Source: Dehalococcoidia bacterium (GTDB lineage: Bacteria; Chloroflexota; Dehalococcoidia; Lucifugimonadales; UBA2985). Taken from it: DNA of 64,000 nt. The stretch spans positions 369,648-433,647 of the forward strand of contig CBDCTU010000001.1 in the NCBI GenBank assembly GCA_965222415.1. Direction: 5' to 3'. The notes below the pieces were generated by a model, which was given only the letters and a program-made list of their open reading frames with translations, did not search any database and was not told the origin of the DNA. Below are positions 36,010 through 45,190 of this stretch, in pieces; the stretch's first letter is position 1; each line of letters starts with the position of its first letter. A program made the position numbers and the translations under genes.

Positions 36010-38040
36010 ATGGATGAGAATATAGACATCTCAAAACTGACTCCTGCTGACCTAGAAGAGGTGGACACCTTGATGAAAGGCGACAGGCTAACATTAGGGT
36101 TTTTACCTGCCGAAGCCCTCCAAGACTACCTTGCAAAGGGATGGGTTATAGGGGCTAAGGACATTCGTGGGCGACTTCTAGGATACCTTCTATACGGATC
36201 CAATGCCAAAAGATTCCGTATTACTCACCTCTGTGTCTCAGGGGAATATCGAGGTCGGGGTATTGCTAAGCAACTCCTCCAGACACTAAAGGACTCCACC
36301 ACTACTCAGACGTTCATAACTCTAAACTGTCGCCGTGACTTCCCTGCAAACGGTATGTGGCCGAAGTTGGACTTTGTAGCGATCCATGATATGCGCAGTC
36401 GCTCCGCTGCCGATCATACTCTTACAACTTGGCACCTTGACTTACGTCCAGCGAATCAAATGGACTTGGGGTTGTCTCAGGCAAGTACTTTAGACGATAC
36501 CCTTGACGTCGTAATGGATGCTCAAGTGTTCTTTGATCTGATGGAAGAAGACGGTATTATTTCATCAGAACCTTCCAAAGCCCTCCTTTCCGACTTCTTG
36601 GTCGATTCCCTAAATCTCTGGGTTACTGATGAGCTACTTAACGAGATTGATCGCAACAAGGACCCTGAGCGTAGACAGGCGAGTCGAGAAAGAGCTCAGG
36701 GATTCCGACAAGTAAAACATTCCCCACTCGCGGTTGGTGAATACGTGAGCCGTTTGAGGGAAATACTTCCGAATAAAAAGCCAAGTGACGAATCCGACAT
36801 CAGGCAATTGGCTAAGGCCGCGTCTTCTGAAGTAGGCGTTTTTGTTACCCGCGATGAAGTTTTGTTAAAGAAAGCAAAGTCTATTGAAGACATTACCAAC
36901 CTTCAGGTGTTGTCCCCGGTGGCATTGATAATCCAGATTTACGATCTGTTTAAAGGAAATGACTATGAACCAGATCGCGTCTCCGGCCTTAACCTCGGAT
37001 GGCACCGCTTAACTTCTACAGATCTGGCTGGCCTCCCACTTGAATCCTTCCTCAACGAAGGGGAACGTCTGGGAAAATTCAAGGAGGATTTTAATCACCT
37101 TGTTGCCAGACCTAGAGCTTATGATAGCGAGTTGTTGAAGGCAGGAGATAAAGTATCCGCCATTCGTATTCTGGACAGCAGCCAGCCAGAGATAATAAAA
37201 ATACAATTTGCCCGCGTATCAGAGTCTAACCCCAAGTCCCTAATAAGTGGGTTCCTGATTGCAGACGCCATTGCCAAAGCAGTTAGCAGTGCTAGAGATA
37301 TGGTCAGTGTGCCGGCATACGCCGTAACACCTTCTTTGGTTCCTGACCTCCTGAACATGGGATTTACAAGATGCAAAGACGACTTCGTGAGGTTTTGCTT
37401 CTCACGCTGCCTTGATCGTGAAGGGGTTCTGGATAGAATTGCCCAACTATCACCCGAATCAAGAGGCCAATACCAAGATATTACTGACCTTGAACTTGAG
37501 CAATACTGCTCACCATTGAGTTTAGCCGAAGACCAGGAACACTTTCTGATTCCAGTCCGCCCCGGCTACGCGCTCAGCCTCATGGACAGGTATCAATCAT
37601 CCGTAGATTTATTCGGAGGAGACCCGAATACACTACTGCGCTGGGACAACGTCTACTATCGAACCAAGAGTAGGCACCATATACTAAAGCCCCCGGCTCG
37701 GATTCTGTGGTACGTGAGCGGTAAGGGGCATATGCAGATTATAGCCATCTCTCATCTTGATGAGGTTGTTATTGGACCTCCGGACGATCTCCTGAGCCGA
37801 TTCGGAAGACTCGGCGTATTAGGACATGGAGAGCTATACAAAATGTCCAAAGGGGATAAATCAACGGAACTGATGGCACTAAAGTTTTCACGCACCTCTA
37901 CATTCAGGAGTCGCGTACCATTACAGGAAATCCGGCAGGTCTACAAAGAGGAGGGGGAGGGATTTAATCCAATATCCGTGTCTCGGATGTCCCGGGAAAC
38001 GTTTCAGAAGCTGTTTCAGCTAGGTTTTCCCCAAAGCTAA
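36010..38040 (+). CDS. multidomain protein: GNAT acetyltransferase - PIN-like nuclease - degenerate GNAT-like region - C-terminal ASCH/PUA-like domain
   Basis: GNAT motif A (RITHLCVSGEYRGRGIAKQLL). PIN-like acidic pattern (VVMDAQVFFDL / VTDELLNEI / DESDIRQLAKAASSEVGVFVTRDEVLL). C-terminus FLIPVRPGYALSL...ARILWYVSGKGHMQIIAISHLDEV. The track start at 35779 lies in the flanking repeat and was rejected. Confidence 0.6.
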   Translation: MDENIDISKLTPADLEEVDTLMKGDRLTLGFLPAEALQDYLAKGWVIGAKDIRGRLLGYLLYGSNAKRFRITHLCVSGEYRGRGIAKQLLQTLKDSTTTQTFITLNCRRDFPANGMWPKLDFVAIHDMRSRSAADHTLTTWHLDLRPANQMDLGLSQASTLDDTLDVVMDAQVFFDLMEEDGIISSEPSKALLSDFLVDSLNLWVTDELLNEIDRNKDPERRQASRERAQGFRQVKHSPLAVGEYVSRLREILPNKKPSDESDIRQLAKAASSEVGVFVTRDEVLLKKAKSIEDITNLQVLSPVALIIQIYDLFKGNDYEPDRVSGLNLGWHRLTSTDLAGLPLESFLNEGERLGKFKEDFNHLVARPRAYDSELLKAGDKVSAIRILDSSQPEIIKIQFARVSESNPKSLISGFLIADAIAKAVSSARDMVSVPAYAVTPSLVPDLLNMGFTRCKDDFVRFCFSRCLDREGVLDRIAQLSPESRGQYQDITDLELEQYCSPLSLAEDQEHFLIPVRPGYALSLMDRYQSSVDLFGGDPNTLLRWDNVYYRTKSRHHILKPPARILWYVSGKGHMQIIAISHLDEVVIGPPDDLLSRFGRLGVLGHGELYKMSKGDKSTELMALKFSRTSTFRSRVPLQEIRQVYKEEGEGFNPISVSRMSRETFQKLFQLGFPQS

Positions 38041-38501
38041 TGGATGCACTAATGCGGCCACTGCTCATTGCCCTGAAGCCATGCTATGCGGACTTGGTAT
38101 TTAAGGGTATTAAGAAAGTTGAACTCCGAAGGCGCATAGTATCTCAGATAAAAGACCACGAAGTCTTCATCTACGTTTCCAACCCAAGCATGGAACTCCG
38201 AGGTGGCTTCCGCGTTGGAGAGGTTTGGCACGGTACACCAAAGGACGTCTGGCAAATGATATCCCACATTGAGGACGTTGATAAACAGGTGTTTGACGCT
38301 TACTTCGAAGGCCAGAATACAGCGTACGCCCTTGAGATCAGAGATGTCTGGGAGTACAAAGACCCGGTTGGGCTGAGCAGGCTCCGTAACAGCTTCGACA
38401 ACTTTGTTGTTCCACAGTCCTGGCGGTATCTTACCACCGAGGAGCGCGACGCTTTTCCCAAAATGAGAAGGCGCACATACGAGTCTACTCCTAGACTTTA
38501 G
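38040..38501 (+). CDS. ASCH-domain protein
   Basis: LIALKPCYADLVFKGIKKVELRRR...VFIYVSNP...LRGGFRVGEV...YALEIRDVWEYKDPVGL...VVPQSWRYL matches the ASCH (PUA-like) pattern. Its ATG overlaps the upstream stop (TAATG). Confidence 0.65.
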   Translation: MDALMRPLLIALKPCYADLVFKGIKKVELRRRIVSQIKDHEVFIYVSNPSMELRGGFRVGEVWHGTPKDVWQMISHIEDVDKQVFDAYFEGQNTAYALEIRDVWEYKDPVGLSRLRNSFDNFVVPQSWRYLTTEERDAFPKMRRRTYESTPRL

Positions 38502-38538
38502 CTTAAAAGTGACGTATCCATCCTCTGCCACCCTGCTT

Positions 38539-38642
38539 CCGCAGGGGTGGTTTGGTGGTTGTCCTTACGTTGCGCCTTCACAAAGGCGCGGGTGGGTGTC
38601 CTCAGAATCACAAACCGGCATACCGACACTCCCGGGGATACC
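38539..38642 (+). repeat. right copy of the ~105 bp direct repeat bounding the island
   Basis: See 35822-35926. Ends 11 nt from the mutM stop codon. Confidence 0.85.
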
Positions 38643-38653
38643 ACTGTCAGCTG

Positions 38654-39480
38654 TCAGTTGCGCAGGAGCATCCCGGGCTGGCATTGGCGGCAGTAGTTGG
38701 TGAGGCGCTGGTTGGCCCCGATGGTCGTGATGTTTCCGCCGCAGCGCGGGCAGGGCAAGCCGCCCTTGCCGTGCACCTGAAGGAAGTCACGCACCTTCAC
38801 GTGGATGTCCTCATTCATACGCTCCCGCAGCACGTTGATGGCGCTGTGCAGAACTCTGGGGATGGAATCGTGCAGACGGCCCAGGTCGTCCTCTGAGAGG
38901 GCCTTGCGCTTTTTGAACGGGAAGACGCCCGCCTCGAACAGCGCCTCGTCGGCATAGGCGTTGCCAATGCCCGCCAGGAACCGGCCGCGAGTGAGTATGC
39001 CCTTGATCTCACCCTGGAACCGGCGCAGACCGCTACTGAAATCTTCAAGCGAAGGGTATTCATCCAGGACGTCCGGGCCTTGCTCCCCAAGCCTGGGTAT
39101 CTCCTCCAGCTGAGAGGTGTGAATGTAGTAGGCCATTCCCATCTGGGTCTCGTCCAGGTAGCGAAGCTCGGAGCCGTCGGACAGGGACAGCAGGAAGGAC
39201 GTTCTTTTGGCTAATCGCTCCGAGGGGCGGCAGAGCCTGAGTGCGCCGGTGAGCATGGGGTTCACAACCAGCATCCGCTCTCCCGAAAAAGCCATCAGCA
39301 GGAACTTGCCCCTCCTGCTGAAACCCAGGAAGGAACGACCGGCCACGTCCTCAGAAAAGTCGTTGAGGTCAGAACGCGCAACTCCAGGGGTCTGAGCGCC
39401 CGCGCCTGCTCCACTGCGAGGCCCTTGACCCGCCGGGCCAGCGCCTCTTTGATAACCTCCAGGTCAGGGGCTTCCGGCAT
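38654..39480 (-). pseudogene. mutM: formamidopyrimidine-DNA glycosylase (Fpg/MutM) with a single frame disruption
   Basis: The N-terminus MPEAPDLEVIKEAL...RPLELRVLTS is in one frame. NDFSEDVAGRSFLGFSRRGKFLL...CPRCGG...CQRCQ follows in another. The frames switch near 39360-39372. Confidence 0.7.
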
Positions 39481-39492
39481 AGTCCTACCTAG

Positions 39493-40701
39493 GGAATCTC
39501 TGAATAAGTCTGTGGGTTGAGGCATTATAATAGAGGTGAGCAAACAATGGTGATGGAGGAGTGAAGAGATGATGGAGCAGCCGACATTTGCAGACGTGGA
39601 ATACGAGAGCAAGAAGCGGAGGACCCGTCGGGAGGTATTTCTGGAACGGATGGATGGTCTGATTCCCTGGCAGCGTCTGGAGGAGCGTATCCGCCCGTAT
39701 TACCCTAAAGCTGGTCGAGGGCGTCAGCCATATGATTTGTCGGTGATGCTGAGAGTTCACTGCGTGCAGTTGTTCTACAATCTCAGCGATCCTGGGATGG
39801 AGGACCCCCGTTTTCACGGGGGCAGGCTCTGCTCTACGAGGCGGAGTCGGTGCGGCGGTTCGTGGGACTGCGGCTGTCGGAGGCGCTGCCAGACGAGAGC
39901 ACGATACTGCACTTCCGTCATATCCTGGAGAAGCATGAGTTGGGGGAGGGTCTGTTTGAGGAGATCAAAGGTTATCTGGAGTCCCGGGGACTGCGGCTGA
40001 GGGAAGGGACCATAGTGGATGCCACCATCATAGAAGCGCCGTCGTCCACCAAGAACCGGGCTGGGGCGCGAGACCCTGAGATGCGCCAGACCAAGAAGGG
40101 GAACCAATATCACTTTGGGATGAAAGTGCATATAGGGGTGGATGCGGATACGGGTGTGGTGCACAGCTTAGCGACGACCCCGGCCAACGTGCATGACGTG
40201 ACCGAAGCCCACCGGTTGCTGCACGGCGGAGAGTCGCAGGTATGGGGGGATGCTGGGTACGTGGGAGTCGAGAAAAGGTGGGAGAATCGGGAGTTGGCGT
40301 TGGATTGGCAGGTGGCTATGAAGCTGGGGCGGCGGCGGCAACTGGATCCGGGGAGTAATGCTGCCTTGACGGAGAAGCGCAAGGCATCCATTAGGGCCAA
40401 AGTGGAGCATCCCTTCCTGAAGGTGAAGCAGCTGTTCGGTTATGCCAAAGTCCGCTACCGGGGTCTGGCCAAGAACACCCAACGTCTGGCGCTGCTGTTG
40501 GGATTGGGTAACTTGTTGACCGCCGAGAGCCGATTGGCGGCCTGAAGTGGGAGCAGTGGGCTCAACTCCGGCTGGAGACCCCTGGTGGGGCCGGTACAAG
40601 GCCACCAATGTCCCTATGACGCCCCATCTGTGGCGGAACATTTCCGCAAAACAGGCACAGTCAACTTAAACCCGGCTGATGTCCTGTTATTCAGAGATTC
40701 C
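39493..40701 (+). mobile_element. IS5-family insertion sequence (1209 bp) with 4 bp CTAG target duplication
   Basis: Terminal inverted repeats ggaatctctgaataa(g) ... ttattcagagattcc. CTAG at 39489-39492 and 40702-40705. Confidence 0.85.
39569..40545 (+). pseudogene. IS5-family DDE transposase disrupted by a 20 nt hairpin-forming insertion
   Basis: ...FYNLSDPGMED runs in frame 1 and (A)LLYEAESVRRFVGLRLSEALPDESTILHFRH... in another frame. Removing 39806-39825 restores one ORF. Confidence 0.75.
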
Positions 40702-40799
40702 CTAGCTCTTATGCGGAATAGAAGCGGCATTAGCTTTGCGGGGTAGGGTGAGAACGCCGGAGACATCAGGCGCGTCTGGATCGGAAGCTCGAAGACAGG

Positions 40800-41699
40800 T
40801 CAGTTCTGGTTGAACTGGTCCCCCATCTGGTTGAGGAAGTCCTCCACCTCCTGAGAGAGCGGGGTGGCCTCTTCCTGGCTCTGGCCGCCCTCGGCCTTCT
40901 TGAGACGGTCTTCGTACTGGCGCTCCAACTGCTGCACCAGTCCCCTTACCTCCGGACTGCGATTCATGGCCGCCGTCACCTCTTCATACTGCTGCCGCGC
41001 CCGCTCCTTGATCCTGCCCAGGTCCATTGTAAAGTTATACAGATTGGAAAGCAGATTAAGTATGCACAGGCGGCCTGCGTGGTCCGCCTCAAGCTGGGCG
41101 TACTGGGGCAGATGGGCTATCAGCCCCATCGTCTCGATGCCCCTGTTGCTTGCCTCCTGGGAGATCACCGAGGCAATACTGGTGGGTCCTTCGTAGCTGC
41201 TGGCCTGCACATTGAGGCCTCTGACCTCTTTCAGGGTCTGCTCACCCGTGGCGGTCCCGGTCACCAGTATGGGCTTGGTGTGAGGGACCAGGTCGTACAT
41301 GCCGCCAAGCAGGCAATATCTCTGCACGTTGAATTTTTCGAGGAGCTTAATGATGGACTGGATATAGCCCTCGCTGTTCATATGAGGCTCCAGCAGGTGC
41401 AGGAAGATGAAGTCGTTGTCCCCCGGTCCCTTGGCATACCGCACCTGGACGTTGGGCACTGTGACCTGCCGCTGCCCGTCGTTATCGTTGTAGATGGTGG
41501 GGCGATAGCGTGTGAAGTCGAAGAAGATGCCAGGCCTGGTCAGCTTGGCCAAATTCTGGGCCTGGAAGTGGCGCTCCAAGCTGCGGAAGGTGAGCCTGCC
41601 CACACCTCCGACGTCCACCCAAGGGCGGAGGGCGGCAAACGCGTGTGGATTTCTCAACTCCGGCAGCGGTTCCTCTAGCTCGAAAGCCCTGAACTTCAT
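40800..41699 (-). CDS. PAC2 (proteasome assembly chaperone 2-like) family protein
   Basis: 299 aa with a pattern resembling bacterial PAC2/COG1938 proteins (LIAHLPQYA...) and an acidic coiled C-terminus. Assignment from memory. Confidence 0.5.
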   Translation of the reverse strand: MKFRAFELEEPLPELRNPHAFAALRPWVDVGGVGRLTFRSLERHFQAQNLAKLTRPGIFFDFTRYRPTIYNDNDGQRQVTVPNVQVRYAKGPGDNDFIFLHLLEPHMNSEGYIQSIIKLLEKFNVQRYCLLGGMYDLVPHTKPILVTGTATGEQTLKEVRGLNVQASSYEGPTSIASVISQEASNRGIETMGLIAHLPQYAQLEADHAGRLCILNLLSNLYNFTMDLGRIKERARQQYEEVTAAMNRSPEVRGLVQQLERQYEDRLKKAEGGQSQEEATPLSQEVEDFLNQMGDQFNQN

Positions 41700-41964
41700 G
41701 GAAGTATTCTAGCACAATACCGGATAGTCTGCACGAAACCGGCGTGGGAAGGTGGTGTCAAGATAGGTGTGTAGTATAAGAGCGCAGTCCCCCCGGTTAA
41801 TTCATACACTTTACGTTACATTACCACTGCCGGTAGCGGAATTGCGAAGCAAGCCGCGAACCAATATACTCTGGCCGGCTGGAGTCAGTCGCAGGCTGCA
41901 TAGGACAGCCCAATAGCGATTCCCTATCAGTCACATAAGCGCCGGACCGCCGAAAGGAGCCGCA

Positions 41965-42714
41965 GTGACCGACCAATCTATCCTGAAAAACGAGCTGAAG
42001 GCCCAGTGGGAAGCGATGGCAGAGGACTGGATCAGCCAGGCCCAGGACGGCGAGACATCACACCGCGAGGCCATGCTCGACGGGTGGATGCTCGACGCCG
42101 TTGGGGACGTATCGGACCGCAAGGTAATTGACCTCGGCTGCGGCGAGGGTCGGTTCAGTCGGATGCTCGCAGAACGAGGCGCCGTGGTGACCGGCGTAGA
42201 CCTGTGCCGTCCGTTCATAGAGTTCGCCAACGACCATCGGTTTTCCAGCGAGGCTTACCTGATCGGTGATATGGAGGACCTCCATGAGGCGCCCGGCGAC
42301 GAGTTCGACCTCGCCGTTTCATACGTGACGCTTGTCGATGTCCCGGACATACGAAGTGCGGTAGGAGAGGCCTTTCGAGTCGTCAGTCCCGGCGGGCGAT
42401 TCGTAGTCTGCAATCTCCACCCAATGGCCTCAGCAAGTCCAGGCTGGATCAAGCAAGGGAACCGGAAGATCCACTATCCGGTCGATCGCTACTTCGACGA
42501 GGGTGAGCGCGACATCTCCCGGCGGGAGGACCAGCCCTGGACCAATTTCCACCGCACATTGTCGACACATTTTCGCGCGTTCCTGGACGCCGGGTTCACA
42601 GTTGAGGACATCCGCGAGCCGACACCAACTGGGAAACAAGCCGAGCGATACCCGTTTATCAGCGACAATCTACGCGTCCCCGAGTTCATCATCTACATCC
42701 TGCGCAAGCCCTGA
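41965..42714 (+). CDS. class I SAM-dependent methyltransferase
   Basis: Motif I VIDLGCGEGRFS, post-I acidic GVDL, and motif II/III. AGGAG RBS, GTG start. Confidence 0.75.
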   Translation: MTDQSILKNELKAQWEAMAEDWISQAQDGETSHREAMLDGWMLDAVGDVSDRKVIDLGCGEGRFSRMLAERGAVVTGVDLCRPFIEFANDHRFSSEAYLIGDMEDLHEAPGDEFDLAVSYVTLVDVPDIRSAVGEAFRVVSPGGRFVVCNLHPMASASPGWIKQGNRKIHYPVDRYFDEGERDISRREDQPWTNFHRTLSTHFRAFLDAGFTVEDIREPTPTGKQAERYPFISDNLRVPEFIIYILRKP

Positions 42715-43060
42715 TACCCGAAACCCGGCGCCTGCTATTCGCTTAGGACGCTCGGGGGTTCGGACGCCTTTTTGTCTGATGGAGCCCACCAAACTGGACA
42801 CAATCGAGAACCTTCACCACAAGGGGGGGCCAGACTTGTACCCGTCCCGAATCGCCCAGGGACGCTTGATGATTGGCAGCCAATCTGGTTCTACCTCATT
42901 TGCTCGCCTGAACCACTGTATGATAGACTGCGGCGGAGCAAGTGAGGTGAGCCCCATCATGCGGTCATTCAGAAGCCCCAATTTGATTGGCATCGTAGTA
43001 GATGTGCATATCTGCCCATTGTTGGGGAGAACTTAGCTACTCAATCCGGTCGCAGCTTCG

Positions 43061-43094
43061 AGAGCCTCCCCGAAACGGGAGGCTCTTTCAGTTT
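43061..43094 (+). terminator. orphan Rho-independent terminator-like hairpin
   Basis: agagcctccc-cgaaac-gggaggctct followed by ttcagttt. No intact gene lies immediately upstream. Confidence 0.4.
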
Positions 43095-43167
43095 AGAGGG
43101 AGACGATGAATGGCTTGTTGGTAGATGAAGGTGCATAGCATAGCAAATAGACAATAGGAGGATCCGA

Positions 43168-43908
43168 ATGTCAGAGTGGTTTGAGGACGAGAGCTTCTGG
43201 AACGGGCTGTATCCATTTATGTTTTCGGAGCGGAAGTTTGATATCGCGGAGGATGAAGCAAGAGGCATTCTCGACCTTGCAAGTCTAGTGGAGGGAGATG
43301 TCCTGGACCTGGCCTGCGGACCGGGGCGGCATTCAGTGGCGCTGGCGAAGAAGGGGTTCCGGGTGACCGGCGTTGACCTCTCACCCTTCCTACTGCAAAA
43401 GGCTAACAGTCTTGCTCAAGCGGAGGGTGTCGACGTCGAATGGGTACGAGATGACATGCGCCACTTCGTGCGTCCAGAGGCATTCGACCTCGTCGTCAAC
43501 ATATTCACGTCATTCGGTTACTTCGACGACAAGCGCGACGATATGACGGTACTGGAGAACATTCACAAGAGCCTCCGCGATGGAGGAGCACTTGTCATGG
43601 AGATCATGGGCAAGGAGTGGCTGGCAAAGGGATTCCTCCCAACCACCTCAGAAGAGCTAGCCGACGGCAGGCTGCTCGTCCAGAGGCATGAGATATTCGA
43701 CGACTGGACTCGGGTCAAGAATCAGTGGATACTCATCGAGGGTGATAGGGCCACTACATTCCGGTTCCACCATACCGTCTATTCAGGTCAGGAGATAAGG
43801 GACAGCCTGCTAGCCGTTGGGTTCGCTGATGTACAGCTGTTCGGTGGCCTTGATGGTAGCGAGTACGGCCTGAATGCGCGTCGACTGGTGGCTGTCGCTC
43901 GGAAATGA
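43168..43908 (+). CDS. class I SAM-dependent methyltransferase
   Basis: Motif I VLDLACGPGRHS, then GVDLS. AGGAGG RBS. Confidence 0.75.
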   Translation: MSEWFEDESFWNGLYPFMFSERKFDIAEDEARGILDLASLVEGDVLDLACGPGRHSVALAKKGFRVTGVDLSPFLLQKANSLAQAEGVDVEWVRDDMRHFVRPEAFDLVVNIFTSFGYFDDKRDDMTVLENIHKSLRDGGALVMEIMGKEWLAKGFLPTTSEELADGRLLVQRHEIFDDWTRVKNQWILIEGDRATTFRFHHTVYSGQEIRDSLLAVGFADVQLFGGLDGSEYGLNARRLVAVARK

Positions 43909-44260
43909 ACCGAGCCACCAGAGGGTGATCCGCCGCGCTTTGTCCCAGTAGGAATCGTCACTGCGGCCACTTTCGTGACCCCATAGGACCTGGCAGGCCG
44001 AGGGGTGGTCTTGGAGCTCCCAATTCCATATACGGCGTATCGGCGCAGATGCTATACTCAGCCGAGGCAGACTCCCGCAACATGGGATCAATGGTCTCCA
44101 GTGACTCGCTAAAGCAACAGATATCAAGAGGCCGTTCAAGTCGACAGGATACCAGGAGTTGTCCAAATTGGGTGGGACTCCAGCTGATTTGGTGGCCTGA
44201 TTAAGTTTGCTGGCCCTTCAGCCCATGATTGAGCCAGACGAGACGGTCAAGTAGGTGCAC

Positions 44261-44686
44261 ATGATAACCATTAGGCCAGCGACGCAGAACGACATCCCCA
44301 GTATGAGAGATCTAATCTCCCAGTCGGTCGAGATGGGTGAGGTGTTGCCCAGAACACTTCAGGAGATCACCGACCTTCTCCCAACGTTCTTTGTCGCCGA
44401 GTCAACTGAGAACAGAATTGTCGGCACAGCCGCCCTGGAGGTCTACAGCCGGAAACTCGCTGAGATCCGTAGTCTGTGCGTCTCTCCCGATGCCCGAGAC
44501 GAAGGAGTAGGCAAAGCACTGGTTCGCGCCTGTCTGGATTTGGCGAGAGAGAGGGAGATCTTTGAGGTAATGGCCATCACTGATAAGGAATCCTTCTTCC
44601 GCTCCTGTGGCTTCGACTACGTTCTTCCCAACCAGCGGAGAGCGCTATTCATACTGCCGGGGAGCGAAGAATCCAATACAGACTAA
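44261..44686 (+). CDS. GNAT family N-acetyltransferase
   Basis: LCVSPDARDEGVGKALV (motif A). ArgA-like small GNAT. Confidence 0.75.
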   Translation: MITIRPATQNDIPSMRDLISQSVEMGEVLPRTLQEITDLLPTFFVAESTENRIVGTAALEVYSRKLAEIRSLCVSPDARDEGVGKALVRACLDLAREREIFEVMAITDKESFFRSCGFDYVLPNQRRALFILPGSEESNTD

Positions 44687-44692
44687 CTCCGA

Positions 44693-45190
44693 ATGGTCAG
44701 GATGGACTATACGTTTGCGCCAATGACTGAAAGACATGCCCGCACTGCCTTGGCGTGGCGGTATAGATCCCCTTTTGCCTACTACAACAACGACCCGAAC
44801 CACCTTGAGAGAGACCTAAGGGACTGGGTTGATCCTGAGAAAGCCTACTTCTCAATCGTTGGCGATCAAGACGCTCTCATAGGGTATTGCTGTTTTGGAA
44901 CGGAAGCTCAGGTTCCTGGTGGTCTCTATGAGGGTGATGACACCATCGATATTGGGGCGGGAATGCGTCCGGACCTCATGGGCACGGACCTTGCTCCGGC
45001 CATTCTAGAAGCCATTTTTATCTGGGCTAAGTCAGCGTTCTCTCCACTACAATTCCGGGTGACCGTCGCCACCTTCAACCGGACGGTGATAAGGCTATGC
45101 TCATTAGCTGGATTCGAGCCTGAGCTCAGATTCATGAGCAAAGCCGATCAAGATGAACGTGAGTTCCTGATAATGACCCGGAAGGCCTGA
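44693..45190 (+). CDS. GNAT family N-acetyltransferase (RimJ/RimL-like)
   Basis: Acetyltransf_3-like pattern (IGAGMRPDLMGTDLAPAILEAIF...). Lies 6 nt after the preceding GNAT gene. Confidence 0.65.
   Translation: MVRMDYTFAPMTERHARTALAWRYRSPFAYYNNDPNHLERDLRDWVDPEKAYFSIVGDQDALIGYCCFGTEAQVPGGLYEGDDTIDIGAGMRPDLMGTDLAPAILEAIFIWAKSAFSPLQFRVTVATFNRTVIRLCSLAGFEPELRFMSKADQDEREFLIMTRKA

Noticed and set aside
39295-39612. 105 aa minus-strand track ORF taken at face value as a gene
   Set aside because: Its first 44 residues are read out of the IS5 left end. Only the MPEAPDLEV... part is real (the mutM N-terminus), and its tail is out of frame after the frameshift.
42745-42960. Minus-strand ORF broken at a C7 homopolymer, possibly a phase-variable gene
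   Set aside because: Only 48 aa remain open, the product has no recognisable similarity, and there is no promoter or RBS. The evidence is insufficient beyond 'decayed sequence'.
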